NCBI GenBank assembly: GCA_041690135.1
Contig: JAWLHY010000002.1
Coordinates: 816,342 to 880,341 of the forward strand
Direction: 5' to 3'
From: Armatimonadota bacterium
Lineage (GTDB): Bacteria; Armatimonadota; SYMT01
DNA length: 64,000 nt
Shown here one piece after another: positions 30,187 to 40,165 of the stretch (the first letter of the stretch is position 1; each line of letters starts with the position of its first letter). The position numbers and the translations under genes are program-made. The notes beneath the pieces are model-generated. The model was not told the DNA's origin, did no database searches, and worked only from the letters and a program-made list of their open reading frames with translations.

Positions 30187-31104
30187 ATGGAGACGACAAT
30201 GGAGTTCACGAGAGAAGTCACGGAAGCGTTAGGGGCGGCGTTCCCCGAGGATGAAGTCGAGTTTCTGCCACGCGGGTTTTACAACGGCAAGGCGCGGGCG
30301 CTGGCGTACATCGATGCCCGCAGCGTGATGCGGCGCCTGGATGCGGTGGTCGGTCCCGGCAACTGGTCGTTCGATTTCGACGTGATGTCTCCGGACTGCA
30401 AGATGGTGAAGGGCCGTCTTACCGTGCTGGGGGTCACGAAGTGTGATGCCGGAGAAGCCGGGGCGGAGGACGAACCGCTCAAGTCGGCCGTCAGCGACGC
30501 GCTGAAGCGGTGCGGCGTGCATTTCGGCATCGGACGTTACCTCTACTACCTGCCCCAGGTGTGGGCGCCCTACGACCAGCAGAAGCGGCGGTTCACGGAA
30601 GCGCCGCGCGTTTCACCCGATGCGGTGAGCCGTGCCCTGGCCATTTGCGGTGTCTCCTCCAACGGGCGTCCCACGGCCCCCGCGGTCTACACGGCGGCTC
30701 GCCATGAGGCGTCCGAGAGCCTTGCGGAACCGATTGGCACTGGGACCAATGGACAGCCCGGGCGTGACTCGATCTGGAGCACGGGCGCCCGGCGCGAGGC
30801 GAATGGGGCCGGAGCAACGGCAACGCGGAACGGCGCCCGTGCTGCGGGACCCACTGAAACGCCCGCCGAGCGGAGTGCCGTTCGCGCCGAAAGCCGGCCG
30901 GCCGCGGCGCCTGCAGCGGCGTCGGCTGCCTCCTCATCCTCCGCGCCCACCGCAAGTGTTCCGGTGGATCCTTCCACGCTGGTTTGCAGCGGTGGAGGCT
31001 GCGGCAAGGCCCTGACCCGCGGTCAGCACGACATCAGCATCCGGGCCTTTGGCCAACCGCTTTGTCCGGCCTGCCAGAAGGAACGGGCTCGCGCGGCGGC
31101 CTGA
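30187..31104 (+). CDS. Rad52/Rad22 family single-strand annealing protein (DdrA/Sak-like) with C-terminal CxxxC..CxxC finger
   Basis: L...F....VE, LAYIDARSVM.RLD.VVG..NW, K.D.G, K.AVSDALKR....FGIGRYLY; tail CSGGGCGK....S...FG.PLCPACQ. Confidence 0.88.
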   Translation: METTMEFTREVTEALGAAFPEDEVEFLPRGFYNGKARALAYIDARSVMRRLDAVVGPGNWSFDFDVMSPDCKMVKGRLTVLGVTKCDAGEAGAEDEPLKSAVSDALKRCGVHFGIGRYLYYLPQVWAPYDQQKRRFTEAPRVSPDAVSRALAICGVSSNGRPTAPAVYTAARHEASESLAEPIGTGTNGQPGRDSIWSTGARREANGAGATATRNGARAAGPTETPAERSAVRAESRPAAAPAAASAASSSSAPTASVPVDPSTLVCSGGGCGKALTRGQHDISIRAFGQPLCPACQKERARAAA

Positions 31105-31177
31105 CGCCAGAGCGGCTCCGTCCGGATTTATTGAAACGGACGGAGGGACAGATAGGGGAGCGACCGAACGGGCGTAG

Positions 31178-32482
31178 GTGTCCGGCAGGCTCGCTCCTCT
31201 TTTATTAAGCTCATCGATCCACAGGAGATTTCCCCAAGTGCACGCCTGGATGTGGCGGCTGACCGAAGCCCACGCCGTCCTTTACGTCGATGATCGCGCT
31301 CTGCTCAAGGCGGTGCTCGACTACCCCCGTTTCCCCCACAAGAATTTGGATCGAGCCACCACCTACGCTAACGCCAAGGGGAGAGTGTTCGCATGGCAGT
31401 TCACTTTCCCCGCCAGCCTCTGGAATGGCCTCGTCCGGCACCTGGGCCGCGCCAACGTGACCTATCTGGACCAGGACGTGGACTTTGGCCCACCCGTGGA
31501 GGCTCCGCCAGTGGTGGTCCCACCGGCGCCCGTAAAGAAGAAGGCCGCCTCCGTATCTCGCCCGGTCGCACCGAAGGGCAAGGAGAAGGCGAACCGCGCA
31601 TCTTCGCAGCCGGCCATCGCCGCTACCGCCGGGCCGAAGGCGGCGGCACCCGCGGCGCCGCCTTCGGCGCCCAGGGCTCGCAAATCCGGCAGGACAGCCG
31701 CCACCTTATCGGGCGAGACCCCGCCCCGGGTTTCCGTGCCAAGCTCACCACCAGTCGAAGCGGCAGCGCCGCTCGTCGCTGCACCACCCACCAGCGTGCC
31801 GTCCGCCGCGTCTCCGGAAGACGTATCGCCCCGCAAGAGCCGGCGAAGCGGCACGCAGCAACCCGTCGCACCCTCCCCGGGTCCGGCGACGACACCGTCC
31901 GCAGCCGCAGGATCTTCCAGCCGATCGCGCAACAAGGTCGCCGCTCCGGCGGAAGGAAGTAATGCCCCCACCGGAGTCGCGCCGCGTCCCGCCGATCCAT
32001 CGGTTGCCGTAGCCGAAAAGGAGCAGGTCAGCGGGACCAGCCGGTCGACCGGAAAGAAAGCAAAGGCCGCGAAGGCCGCGGCTGAGGCGGTCCCACTGCC
32101 TCAGCCCGCCGAGGCGGAGCCGGCTGAGCCGCTCGTCAAGCAGCAGAACTCCGAGCAGCAGAGCGCCAAACAGCAGCGGAAGTCCGCCGCTGCCCACACG
32201 CAAACACCACCTGCACCGCCACCCCAAACCGGCCGGCAAACGGCCGCTTCCCGCCCGACGGTGGCCCGTGCCGCGCCGCTCCCGGCGGGTTCCTCCGGAA
32301 CCGCGGCGAAACCGCCCGCGGTGTCCGGTCGTGCTGCCGCCGGACGGCCGGTTGCGGCTCCTACGGCCCGCCCCGCACCGGTACCCAGGAAACCGGCCGG
32401 TGCCTCCACCGTCGTGGTCGCGCCGCCGGAGAGACCGCCCGCAGCTGCGCGCGGGAAGGCGCGGGAAAAGGTGAAAGCCTGA
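31178..32482 (+). CDS. Hypothetical protein, small N-terminal domain plus long Pro/Ala/Lys-rich tail
   Basis: About 95 aa globular N-terminus (TY...G.VFAWQF.FP), followed by more than 300 aa of low complexity. Confidence 0.55.
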   Translation: MSGRLAPLLLSSSIHRRFPQVHAWMWRLTEAHAVLYVDDRALLKAVLDYPRFPHKNLDRATTYANAKGRVFAWQFTFPASLWNGLVRHLGRANVTYLDQDVDFGPPVEAPPVVVPPAPVKKKAASVSRPVAPKGKEKANRASSQPAIAATAGPKAAAPAAPPSAPRARKSGRTAATLSGETPPRVSVPSSPPVEAAAPLVAAPPTSVPSAASPEDVSPRKSRRSGTQQPVAPSPGPATTPSAAAGSSSRSRNKVAAPAEGSNAPTGVAPRPADPSVAVAEKEQVSGTSRSTGKKAKAAKAAAEAVPLPQPAEAEPAEPLVKQQNSEQQSAKQQRKSAAAHTQTPPAPPPQTGRQTAASRPTVARAAPLPAGSSGTAAKPPAVSGRAAAGRPVAAPTARPAPVPRKPAGASTVVVAPPERPPAAARGKAREKVKA

Positions 32483-32599
32483 CCTGTAGAGCGGCTGGCA
32501 GGAATGGAGTGAACATGCATAGAATCAGGGAACAACGTTGAACTCGAATGGTTTGCGAAACGTTCGCATATCGTTTGCATAGAAGAGCTCTGAATTCGC

Positions 32600-34465
32600 A
32601 TGACTGCCATCGCTTCGCAGCCGGCTCGCACGCGCATCGTGGGGGATCGTTCCCAGCGACCGCCGGAATCGACGATCCCGGAGATGTTCCGGCGTACCGT
32701 CGAGCGCAACCAGGACAAGACCGCCCTCATGTACAAAGCCGAGGGCGAATACCGGCCGATCACCTATCCTGAGTATGCGGAGCAGGTGCGGAATCTGGCT
32801 TTGGGCCTGTCCGGACTCGGGCTGAAGCACGGGGCACGTGTGGCCCTGCTTTCTGAGAACCGTCCGGAATGGGCCTACGTGGACCTGGCCGTCACCGGAA
32901 TCGGAGCGGTCAACGTGCCGCTTTACGCCACGCTGCCGCCGCCGCAGGTGGAGTACATCATCCGGGATTCCGAGTCGCAGTTCGTGATCGTGTCCCATGC
33001 CAAGCAGTTGGCCAAGGTCCTCGAGGTGCGGGCCAACCTGCCCCTGGTGACCCACATCATCGTCATGGACCCGCCGGAGGAACTGCCCGAGGGCGTGCTC
33101 ACGCTGGCACAGGTCATGGAAGCCGGAGCGGCCCAGGCTAACGGCGAGGCGGAGTGGAAGCGGCTGAACGCGGCAGTGAACCCGCACGATCTGGCCAGCA
33201 TCATCTACACCTCGGGGACCACGGGAGCTCCCAAGGGGGCGATGCTGACGCACGACAATTTCATGTCGAACGCGCTCGCCGCGGCGCCCCTGGTGGAGAT
33301 CCGGAAGGACGATCTCTTCCTTTCCTTCCTCCCGCTTTCCCACGTTTTCGAGCGCCTGGCAGGGCATTACTTCCCGCTGGTGGTCGGCGCCACCATCGCC
33401 TACGCGGAGAGCATCTTCACCGTCCAATCCAACATGGTCGAGGTGAAGCCGACGGTTTTGGCCAGCGTGCCCCGGCTCTACGAGGCGATCGAATCCCGCA
33501 TTCGTGACGGGATCCAGAAGCAGCCGGAGAACCGGCGAAAGATGGCGGAACAGGCGATCGAAGTCGGCTGGGAATACCATAGCCGGCGCATTCTCGGCGA
33601 GTCGCCGGGGATGGTGCTTTCCACCAAGTACGCGATGGCCGAGCGGCTGGTGCTCGGTCCGCTGCGCGAGAAGGTGACCGGTGGGAGGCTGCGCTTCTTC
33701 ATCTCCGGCGGTGCACCCCTTCCGGTGCGGACGGCCCAGTTCCTCACCTCTCTCGGGCTCCATATCCTGGAAGGCTACGGGCTCACGGAGACTTCTCCGG
33801 TGATCTGCGTCAACCGGCCCTCCCGGACGAAGCTCGGAACCGTGGGCCCGCCGATCAGCGGGGTGGAGGTGACCATTGCGCCCGATGGGGAGATCCTGTC
33901 GCGCGGTCCGCACATCATGCAGGGCTACTACAAGATGCCCGAGGAGACGGAAAAGGCGATCGACGCGGAAGGCTGGTTCCACACCGGCGATATCGGGGTA
34001 CTCGACGAAGAGGGCTATCTCAAGATCACCGACCGCAAGAAGGACATCATCGTCCTGGCTAACGGGAAGAACGTGGCGCCCCAGCCGATCGAGGCCAAGA
34101 TCAAGGGCAGTGCCTACGTGGCCAACGTGGTTCTTTTTGGAGATCGCCAGACGCAGGTGGTCGCCCTCATCGTCCCCGAGATGGAGCAACTCAAGACGTG
34201 GGCGCGCGGCCAGGGCCTCGATACCGAGGACGTGGAGAAGCTGCTTTCCGCGCCGCAGGTGAAGAAGCTGTTCCGCGAGGAGATCGATCGGAACACCCAG
34301 GAGTTCGCGGACTTCGAGAAGGTCCGCCGCTTCACCCTTCTACCGCGGGATTTCAGCCAGGATCGGGACGAAGTGACGCCGACTTTGAAGATCAAGCGTC
34401 GGGTGGTGGCCCAGAACTACGCCGCCGAGATTCAGTCCATGTATGGTGGCCGAGGGGAAGGGTAG
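32600..34465 (+). CDS. Long-chain fatty acid--CoA ligase (AMP-binding, FadD15-like)
   Basis: IIYTSGTTGAPKG, FLPLSHVFER, EGYGLTE, GWFHTGDIG, ITDRKKD, TPTLK.KR. Confidence 0.95.
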   Translation: MTAIASQPARTRIVGDRSQRPPESTIPEMFRRTVERNQDKTALMYKAEGEYRPITYPEYAEQVRNLALGLSGLGLKHGARVALLSENRPEWAYVDLAVTGIGAVNVPLYATLPPPQVEYIIRDSESQFVIVSHAKQLAKVLEVRANLPLVTHIIVMDPPEELPEGVLTLAQVMEAGAAQANGEAEWKRLNAAVNPHDLASIIYTSGTTGAPKGAMLTHDNFMSNALAAAPLVEIRKDDLFLSFLPLSHVFERLAGHYFPLVVGATIAYAESIFTVQSNMVEVKPTVLASVPRLYEAIESRIRDGIQKQPENRRKMAEQAIEVGWEYHSRRILGESPGMVLSTKYAMAERLVLGPLREKVTGGRLRFFISGGAPLPVRTAQFLTSLGLHILEGYGLTETSPVICVNRPSRTKLGTVGPPISGVEVTIAPDGEILSRGPHIMQGYYKMPEETEKAIDAEGWFHTGDIGVLDEEGYLKITDRKKDIIVLANGKNVAPQPIEAKIKGSAYVANVVLFGDRQTQVVALIVPEMEQLKTWARGQGLDTEDVEKLLSAPQVKKLFREEIDRNTQEFADFEKVRRFTLLPRDFSQDRDEVTPTLKIKRRVVAQNYAAEIQSMYGGRGEG

Positions 34466-34472
34466 CCCCGAC

Positions 34473-35747
34473 GTGCGGAGCGTGCTGGTTCCGCTGATCC
34501 TGGTGGTCTGGCTGCCGGTGGGGATGATGCCTCCACCGGCAGCGGGAATGGCTGCGGGCGAGCCGGGGAACCAGGCGGCTCCCCGGTTGCCGGCCTCCCC
34601 GCGGATCAGCGCGGAGTTGCGGGATCTCGCGATCGAGGACGCGGCCGCCCGGTTAGAATCGATCCTTCGGGTCAAAGTGCACGTTCCCCCCCGTTTGCCC
34701 GCCGGCGGCGACGCTGCCCCTTCGCGCCTGGCCGTTGCTCCTCCCGTTCCAGGGAACGCGCCCGATCTCCTCGATTACGAGCGGAGGGGCAGCTTTTCCT
34801 GGAAGGATGTTCCCGTGGCGGACGCGCTGCGCGAGTTCTGCCGTCACTATCGTTGCTCACTCGGAATGGACTATCGCGGTAACCTGACGGTATCTCCGAT
34901 CCCTCTCGCTACCGGCCCGACCGCGTCGGCGGGGGATTATCAGGTCCGGGTCGAAGCTCTCAACTATACCGACTCACGTTCCGTCGACGCGTTGGGTGAG
35001 TTCACCGCACGCCGCAATCTGAGCTTGCAGTTCGCGATCCGGGCGGTGTCCGCGCATGTGGCGCGGATCCACTCGCTGGAGAACATCCGGGTAGAGGACC
35101 AGGCCGGTCGCGATGTGCTCGAAAAGCCCGCCCCAGGCCAACTCCCAGGTCCGGCCGCACCGCGCGCCTTTCCGGATGAACGGGGGCAAACCGTTCGGCT
35201 GGAGTGGCCCTATCCGCGTCCGGAGCGGTTGCGGCTGATCGAAGGCGACCTGCTTCTGTATCGACGGGTGTCTCTCCAGCAGGTGGAGATAGCGGTACCG
35301 GCACCCGGACAGATCTCCGACATCGTGGAAAGCGGCGACGTCCATTGCCAGTTGGTCCAGGTCGACTCCTCCGCGGAGGGACTTCGAGTCACGCTCCGGT
35401 TGATGTGTCCCGCGGAAATGGGGGTGCTTCTCAACGCTTTCCCCGCCACCGCCGAGATCGTCCTTCCGAAAGGGCAGCGGGTGCCTATGGTCGTCACCGG
35501 AATGGGTTGGGGAATGTCCGAGGGCTGGAAGAGCATGGACTTTTCCCTCGCGGTGGCGGGTCAGAAGGACGTCCAGGGCAAGTTGCGGCTACGGTTCCTC
35601 CGGCAAGAGCGTCCGGACCGGCGAGTCCACTTCCGCCTCACCGACTTCCCTTATCCGTTGAGCCCGGGATTGCCGGCTTCCGGAGGGCAGAGCGGTGGCT
35701 CCCAGGAGAACGCGCGTGGCTCCGCGACCGGCGGAGGTGGCAAATGA
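34473..35747 (+). CDS. Exported protein, array member A1 (STN/N0-like N-domain plus unknown beta-rich domain)
   Basis: Signal-like N-terminus; WKDVPVADALREFCRHYRC; FPDER; WPYPRPERL.LIEGDLLLY; DRRVHFRLTDFP. Confidence 0.75.
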   Translation: MRSVLVPLILVVWLPVGMMPPPAAGMAAGEPGNQAAPRLPASPRISAELRDLAIEDAAARLESILRVKVHVPPRLPAGGDAAPSRLAVAPPVPGNAPDLLDYERRGSFSWKDVPVADALREFCRHYRCSLGMDYRGNLTVSPIPLATGPTASAGDYQVRVEALNYTDSRSVDALGEFTARRNLSLQFAIRAVSAHVARIHSLENIRVEDQAGRDVLEKPAPGQLPGPAAPRAFPDERGQTVRLEWPYPRPERLRLIEGDLLLYRRVSLQQVEIAVPAPGQISDIVESGDVHCQLVQVDSSAEGLRVTLRLMCPAEMGVLLNAFPATAEIVLPKGQRVPMVVTGMGWGMSEGWKSMDFSLAVAGQKDVQGKLRLRFLRQERPDRRVHFRLTDFPYPLSPGLPASGGQSGGSQENARGSATGGGGK

Positions 35748-37255
35748 CACGCGCGCGGAGTGGGGGCCGTGTCCACCTCCTGGGGTGGATGATCACTTGT
35801 CTGTTCTTCGGGGCGCCGGCGTCGGCGGCCCCCCGCGTAACTTTGACCATGGAGAGCGCCTCATTCCATGAGATCATCCGCAAGCTCCACGAGTTGACCT
35901 CATTCACCTTCACTTCCGCGGATGGCGCGGGTCACCGGGCGTTCCAGGACCAGCCGAATGCGCGCCGGGTCCGCGTGGATTGGAAGGAGGTCCCCCTGGG
36001 TCTCGTGCTGCGGGATCTCTGCAGCCGGTTCGGCCAGAACGTGGTCAGCAATGGCGACAACGGGTTCTGGTTTCAGGCGGGGCTGCTTCCCACGCGAGCG
36101 GAGGTCGTGTCCGGGGGAATCGCATTCTCCCTCGGCGCCATCCAGCAACTCGATCAGACGGCGATCGTCCCCGGCGGACCGGCGCCCCGGTTCCAACGGA
36201 CCCTGCAGTTGTCTCTCCTCTGTCGCGCCCTGGATGGGGAAGGCGACGTGATCGGCGGGTTGAGGCGGATCGCCCTGGTGGATGAAGGGGGGAAGAGCCG
36301 CCAACCCACCGCGGTGTTGCCGGCCCAGGATTGGTCGGCGTTGCCGGACGAACGCTCGCGACCGATCACCGTGCATTGGGAGGGCGAGCATGCCCGGCGC
36401 CTCCAGCGCATCGAGGGTGAGCTTCTTGCATATAGCCGTCTGGAAGAGCACCGGTGGACCGTGCCGTTGGCCGGCTCTTCACCTCCCGCGGTTCCGCTTC
36501 AGAAGGAACTGGGGCCCGTCTCGGCGAGTATTGGGGTCCTGCGGATCGCGGGCCGGTCGCTCCAGACGGAGATTCAACTGAATTGGCCCGCGGATGCAGA
36601 CGTGACGGTCCGCGGGTTGGCGGCCGTCCGCGTATTCGTGAGATTGGAAAATGGGCAGTATCAGCGGCTGCACGGCACGGTCAACGCGGGCGAGGCGCCA
36701 TCCGGCGCAAGCGGTAGCCGGACCTTACGGATGGACCTGTTGGGGCAGTGCGAGGGCCCACCGGTCGCGCTGGAAGTGCGCGTGCCGGTGCGCACCGGGC
36801 CGATACGGGCGATACCCTTTCGGATCGAAAACGTGGTCCTTCCCTTCGGGCGACCGCTCACGCTGCGGACAGAACCGCTGCACGAAGCAGTACCGGCCGT
36901 GCCGGGTGGGTCGGACGGCCGGATCGAGGTTCCCGCTGACCTGGCGGCTCCGCAAGGGGGGATTCTCGAGATCACCCTTCCCGGGTTCGCGCGCATGCCC
37001 GAGGCGACGGTGACCCTAGGCCTCAGCCGCAAGCTGGAGGACGGGAAGTGGTCCGCCGTCCGGTGGGTCTCCGTTACGGGCGAAAGCCCATCGGCGCGAG
37101 TGGAAGGGTTGCGACCGGGGGTGTACCGGGTTCGCCTGCGTCGTTTCCCGGCGGAAACGACCGAGGGTCCCCGGCCGGAGATTCTGGATAAGACCGAGGA
37201 AGTGCGGATCGTGCCCGGAGCACTCTCACGAGTCTTCCGGTCGGGCGCCGGCTAA
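35744..37255 (+). CDS. Exported protein, array member B1
   Basis: ATGA overlap with A1; ASA/APRVTL..ESASFHEI; RALDGEGD; LPDER; WEGEHARRL.RIEG; VVLPFGRP; GLRPGVYRV. Confidence 0.75.
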   Translation: MTRARSGGRVHLLGWMITCLFFGAPASAAPRVTLTMESASFHEIIRKLHELTSFTFTSADGAGHRAFQDQPNARRVRVDWKEVPLGLVLRDLCSRFGQNVVSNGDNGFWFQAGLLPTRAEVVSGGIAFSLGAIQQLDQTAIVPGGPAPRFQRTLQLSLLCRALDGEGDVIGGLRRIALVDEGGKSRQPTAVLPAQDWSALPDERSRPITVHWEGEHARRLQRIEGELLAYSRLEEHRWTVPLAGSSPPAVPLQKELGPVSASIGVLRIAGRSLQTEIQLNWPADADVTVRGLAAVRVFVRLENGQYQRLHGTVNAGEAPSGASGSRTLRMDLLGQCEGPPVALEVRVPVRTGPIRAIPFRIENVVLPFGRPLTLRTEPLHEAVPAVPGGSDGRIEVPADLAAPQGGILEITLPGFARMPEATVTLGLSRKLEDGKWSAVRWVSVTGESPSARVEGLRPGVYRVRLRRFPAETTEGPRPEILDKTEEVRIVPGALSRVFRSGAG

Positions 37256-37283
37256 CACACTGCGCAATCCGTGAGGTAACCCT

Positions 37284-38534
37284 TTGTACCGACACTTGGC
37301 TTTGACCGTGGGACTGGCATCGTGCGCCCTGGCGGGAGCCGACCGGGCTACGGCCCCCGCCCGTCCGGCGATCCCTGCCGCCACGCCAGAGGTCGCCCGC
37401 GGCCTCCGTTTCACTCCGGACGGGATCGCGCGGCTCACCGGTACGCTCCCAAACCTGAACCTTCCGGACGCCGCCGCGCGCCTCTCCGCGTTGATGGACC
37501 TGGAAGTGGTGCTCCCCGAGCCGGAAGAACCAGACTTGGAAGAAGGGGAGGAAGACCCGCAAGCGCCAGGCGCCAGCCTGGCACCTGCGCGGTTTGACCT
37601 GACCCAGCGGGCTACCCTGGCCTGGAAAGACGCGCCGTTGGGAGAGGCACTCCGCCAGTTCTGCCGGGCATATGGGTGTCGCCTCGATTGGGGTGGCCAA
37701 CCCGGAGGCAGTTTGTTCCTCACCCCGGGCGTGCTCCCGAAAGGACCCGTGGCCCGCGTTCCGGGCTTTTCGGTGGAAGTGGCCGCGATCCACTACCACG
37801 ACGAGCGGACGGCCGAGGAGACGGGTATCGATCCGGAAGTCGAGCGAGGTCTGGAATTGCAACTGAGCGTGCGCGCGGATAGCGGAGACCCGGCGCCCAT
37901 CTATGGCTTTCACAACGTCCGCGTGGTGGACGACCAGAACCGGGATGCGTTGGAAGCGGAGGGGGAGCCGGACGGCTTTGGCCTGTCGAGCGCCGCCTCT
38001 CCCTCCCCTTTTCCCGATGAGCGGGTCCGCTCGGTGCCGTTTGCCTGGCCCTACCCTGCACCGCACCGTCTCCACCGGATCGAGGGCGATCTTCTGCTCT
38101 ACTCGCGCATCCGGCGCATGCCGCTCGACTTGCGTCTCCCGAAACCGGGTGAGATGGGCGAGATGCGCAAGGCCGGTCCCTTCCGGATCGAGTTTCAACA
38201 GTCGACCTTTGAGGCCGGAACCGCTGCCCTGGGGCTACACGTCAATATACCCCCCGGAGTGACGCTCCAGCCGGCCGGGCAGCTACCTCGGGCTACGCTC
38301 ATCCTTGAAGACGGTTCGCGGGTTCCGGCTTTGCTGTTCCGCACCGACTCGGGGGACCTGGGCGATGGGAGCCGTTGGCACTACCAAACGCTGGAACTCG
38401 AGAAAGGCGGATTGAAGACCCGGCCGGTACGGCTGCAAGTTGACATGCTGGTGAAGTCCGATCCCGACCGGAAACTGCCTTTCCGGTTCACGGATTATCC
38501 GGCCGTCATTACCCCCCGAGGTACCGGGCAATGA
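37284..38534 (+). CDS. Exported protein, array member A2
   Basis: Signal peptide; WKDAPLGEALRQFCRAYGC; FPDER; WPYPAPHRL.RIEGDLLLY; DRKLPFRFTDYP. Confidence 0.75.
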   Translation: MYRHLALTVGLASCALAGADRATAPARPAIPAATPEVARGLRFTPDGIARLTGTLPNLNLPDAAARLSALMDLEVVLPEPEEPDLEEGEEDPQAPGASLAPARFDLTQRATLAWKDAPLGEALRQFCRAYGCRLDWGGQPGGSLFLTPGVLPKGPVARVPGFSVEVAAIHYHDERTAEETGIDPEVERGLELQLSVRADSGDPAPIYGFHNVRVVDDQNRDALEAEGEPDGFGLSSAASPSPFPDERVRSVPFAWPYPAPHRLHRIEGDLLLYSRIRRMPLDLRLPKPGEMGEMRKAGPFRIEFQQSTFEAGTAALGLHVNIPPGVTLQPAGQLPRATLILEDGSRVPALLFRTDSGDLGDGSRWHYQTLELEKGGLKTRPVRLQVDMLVKSDPDRKLPFRFTDYPAVITPRGTGQ

Positions 38535-40066
38535 TACGGCTTTCCCTGCCCTGCTCCCGTAGACGCTCCGGGACCCGCAAGAGGTGGGTCCTCGTTGCGC
38601 TGCTCGCCGGTCTCATTCCGGTAGCCGCCCGCCCGGCCGTTGCCGGGCCGCGCGTCACGCTGCGTATCGGCCGGGCTAGTCTTCACGAGGTGCTCATGCG
38701 CCTGGCGGAAGAAACCGGTTACCGCTTCGCGGCTCCCGGGGGCGTGGGGCAGCCGGGTTACAAGGACCCCCCCGGGGCAAAACGCCTTCCGGTCACCTAC
38801 GAAAATGCTCCGCTCGGCCGGGTGATCCGTGAGGTCGCCGCAGCCCACGAGTTCCAGCCCCGGTTCGCGGGCGGATATGTGCTGCTGGTTCCCCGCGGCG
38901 GCCTGGTGCTCGCCGGCGAGACGGCGGCCGGTCCGCGCGGGGAGATCCTGGTTTCCGTGCAGCGGTTGAGCCAGTCCGAGTACCGCGAGATCATTCCCGG
39001 TGCGGACGTCCCCAGGGATGAGAAGAGCCTGGATCTCCGACTGATGCTGCGAGCCGTGGATGGGGAGGGGGACCGCCTGGGGGCGGTCAAGGACTTAACG
39101 CTGGTCGATCCGCAAGGTCGCGTGCGGAAGGCTCCCGTGTCGGCTTACAATCGCTCGCTGGAGCGCGGGCTTCCGGATGAGCGGTTTCTGGACCTCTCAC
39201 TTCCCTGGGACGGAGAGCACGCCCCGCGCCTGAAGCGGCTCGAGGGTCGTGTGGAACTCTACACGGAGGTTGCCGAGCGCAAGGTGGAGATTCCCTTGGG
39301 CCCAGCGTCCGGCCGGGGTCGCGGGCAGCCACTGGCCGAGGCGGCTTCTTCGCCGTTCATGGTGAAAGTCCTCCGGCTGGGAAGCGGTACCGCAGTTTCG
39401 GCGCGCATCCGTGTGGACGGGACCCCCAGTCCGTCGCATCAATTCAACGAGCAGGGACAGGTGCGGGTGACGGCGATTCTGGCCGACGGACGCCGGGCGC
39501 CGCTTTCGGGAGAAGTCCGGCGTGGGCGTGGAGAGCCGTCCCACGTTCTGGGAGATTTCTTCGGACCCGGCAACGGACCCGTGAGTGCCCTGGAGGTGAT
39601 CGTTCCGATGCGGGGAAGTGCGGTGCTGGAAGTGCCTTTCGCGCTGTCCGATGTCGTCCTGCCGTTCGGCCGTCCTTATCCTCTGCGCGTCCAGCCTCTC
39701 AATGAGCCCCTTCGCCCGCTGAAGTTCGTACGCTATCAGCACGGTCCCCGGACACCGGCAGCTTTCCTGGATCCCGCGGGAGGCACACTCCGCATCGAAC
39801 GCCGCGAGGCGCCTGCGGAGAACGATGCCGAGACGCAGGTGGGCCTACGCCGGAAACTGCCGACCGGCACTTGGGGCGCGGTGCACTGGGTTTCCATTGT
39901 AAGCGGGGACCCGTGGTTGGAACTTGAAGACCTCGCGCCGGGAATCTACCGGGTCCAGATGCGCGGAGGGGCCGCCACGGGGGCTCCGCCTGCCGGAGGC
40001 CGGAAGCCGCTGGAGACGACCGAGATCACGATCCAGCGCGGGAAGACAAGAACCCTCATCTTTTAA
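38531..40066 (+). CDS. Exported protein, array member B2
   Basis: ATGA overlap with A2; AVA/GPRVTL..GRASLHEV; RAVDGEGD; LPDER; WDGEHAPRL.RLEG; VVLPFGRP; DLAPGIYRV. Confidence 0.75.
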   Translation: MIRLSLPCSRRRSGTRKRWVLVALLAGLIPVAARPAVAGPRVTLRIGRASLHEVLMRLAEETGYRFAAPGGVGQPGYKDPPGAKRLPVTYENAPLGRVIREVAAAHEFQPRFAGGYVLLVPRGGLVLAGETAAGPRGEILVSVQRLSQSEYREIIPGADVPRDEKSLDLRLMLRAVDGEGDRLGAVKDLTLVDPQGRVRKAPVSAYNRSLERGLPDERFLDLSLPWDGEHAPRLKRLEGRVELYTEVAERKVEIPLGPASGRGRGQPLAEAASSPFMVKVLRLGSGTAVSARIRVDGTPSPSHQFNEQGQVRVTAILADGRRAPLSGEVRRGRGEPSHVLGDFFGPGNGPVSALEVIVPMRGSAVLEVPFALSDVVLPFGRPYPLRVQPLNEPLRPLKFVRYQHGPRTPAAFLDPAGGTLRIERREAPAENDAETQVGLRRKLPTGTWGAVHWVSIVSGDPWLELEDLAPGIYRVQMRGGAATGAPPAGGRKPLETTEITIQRGKTRTLIF

Positions 40067-40165
40067 GGAATTGTCCAAGTATAACCGCTAAATGGTTCCC
40101 AGCCGACGGAGGTCGGCTTCGCCGTGTGTAGCCGCGAGTTCACTCGCCCAACTGTAGCGGCTAAG
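40064..40165 (+). repeat. Repeat family A copy
   Basis: ATAACCGCTAAATGGTTCCCAGCCGACGGAGGTCGGCTTCGCCGTGTGTAGCCGCGAGTTCACTCGCCCAACTG.AGCGG, nearly identical to 10909-10988. Confidence 0.8.
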
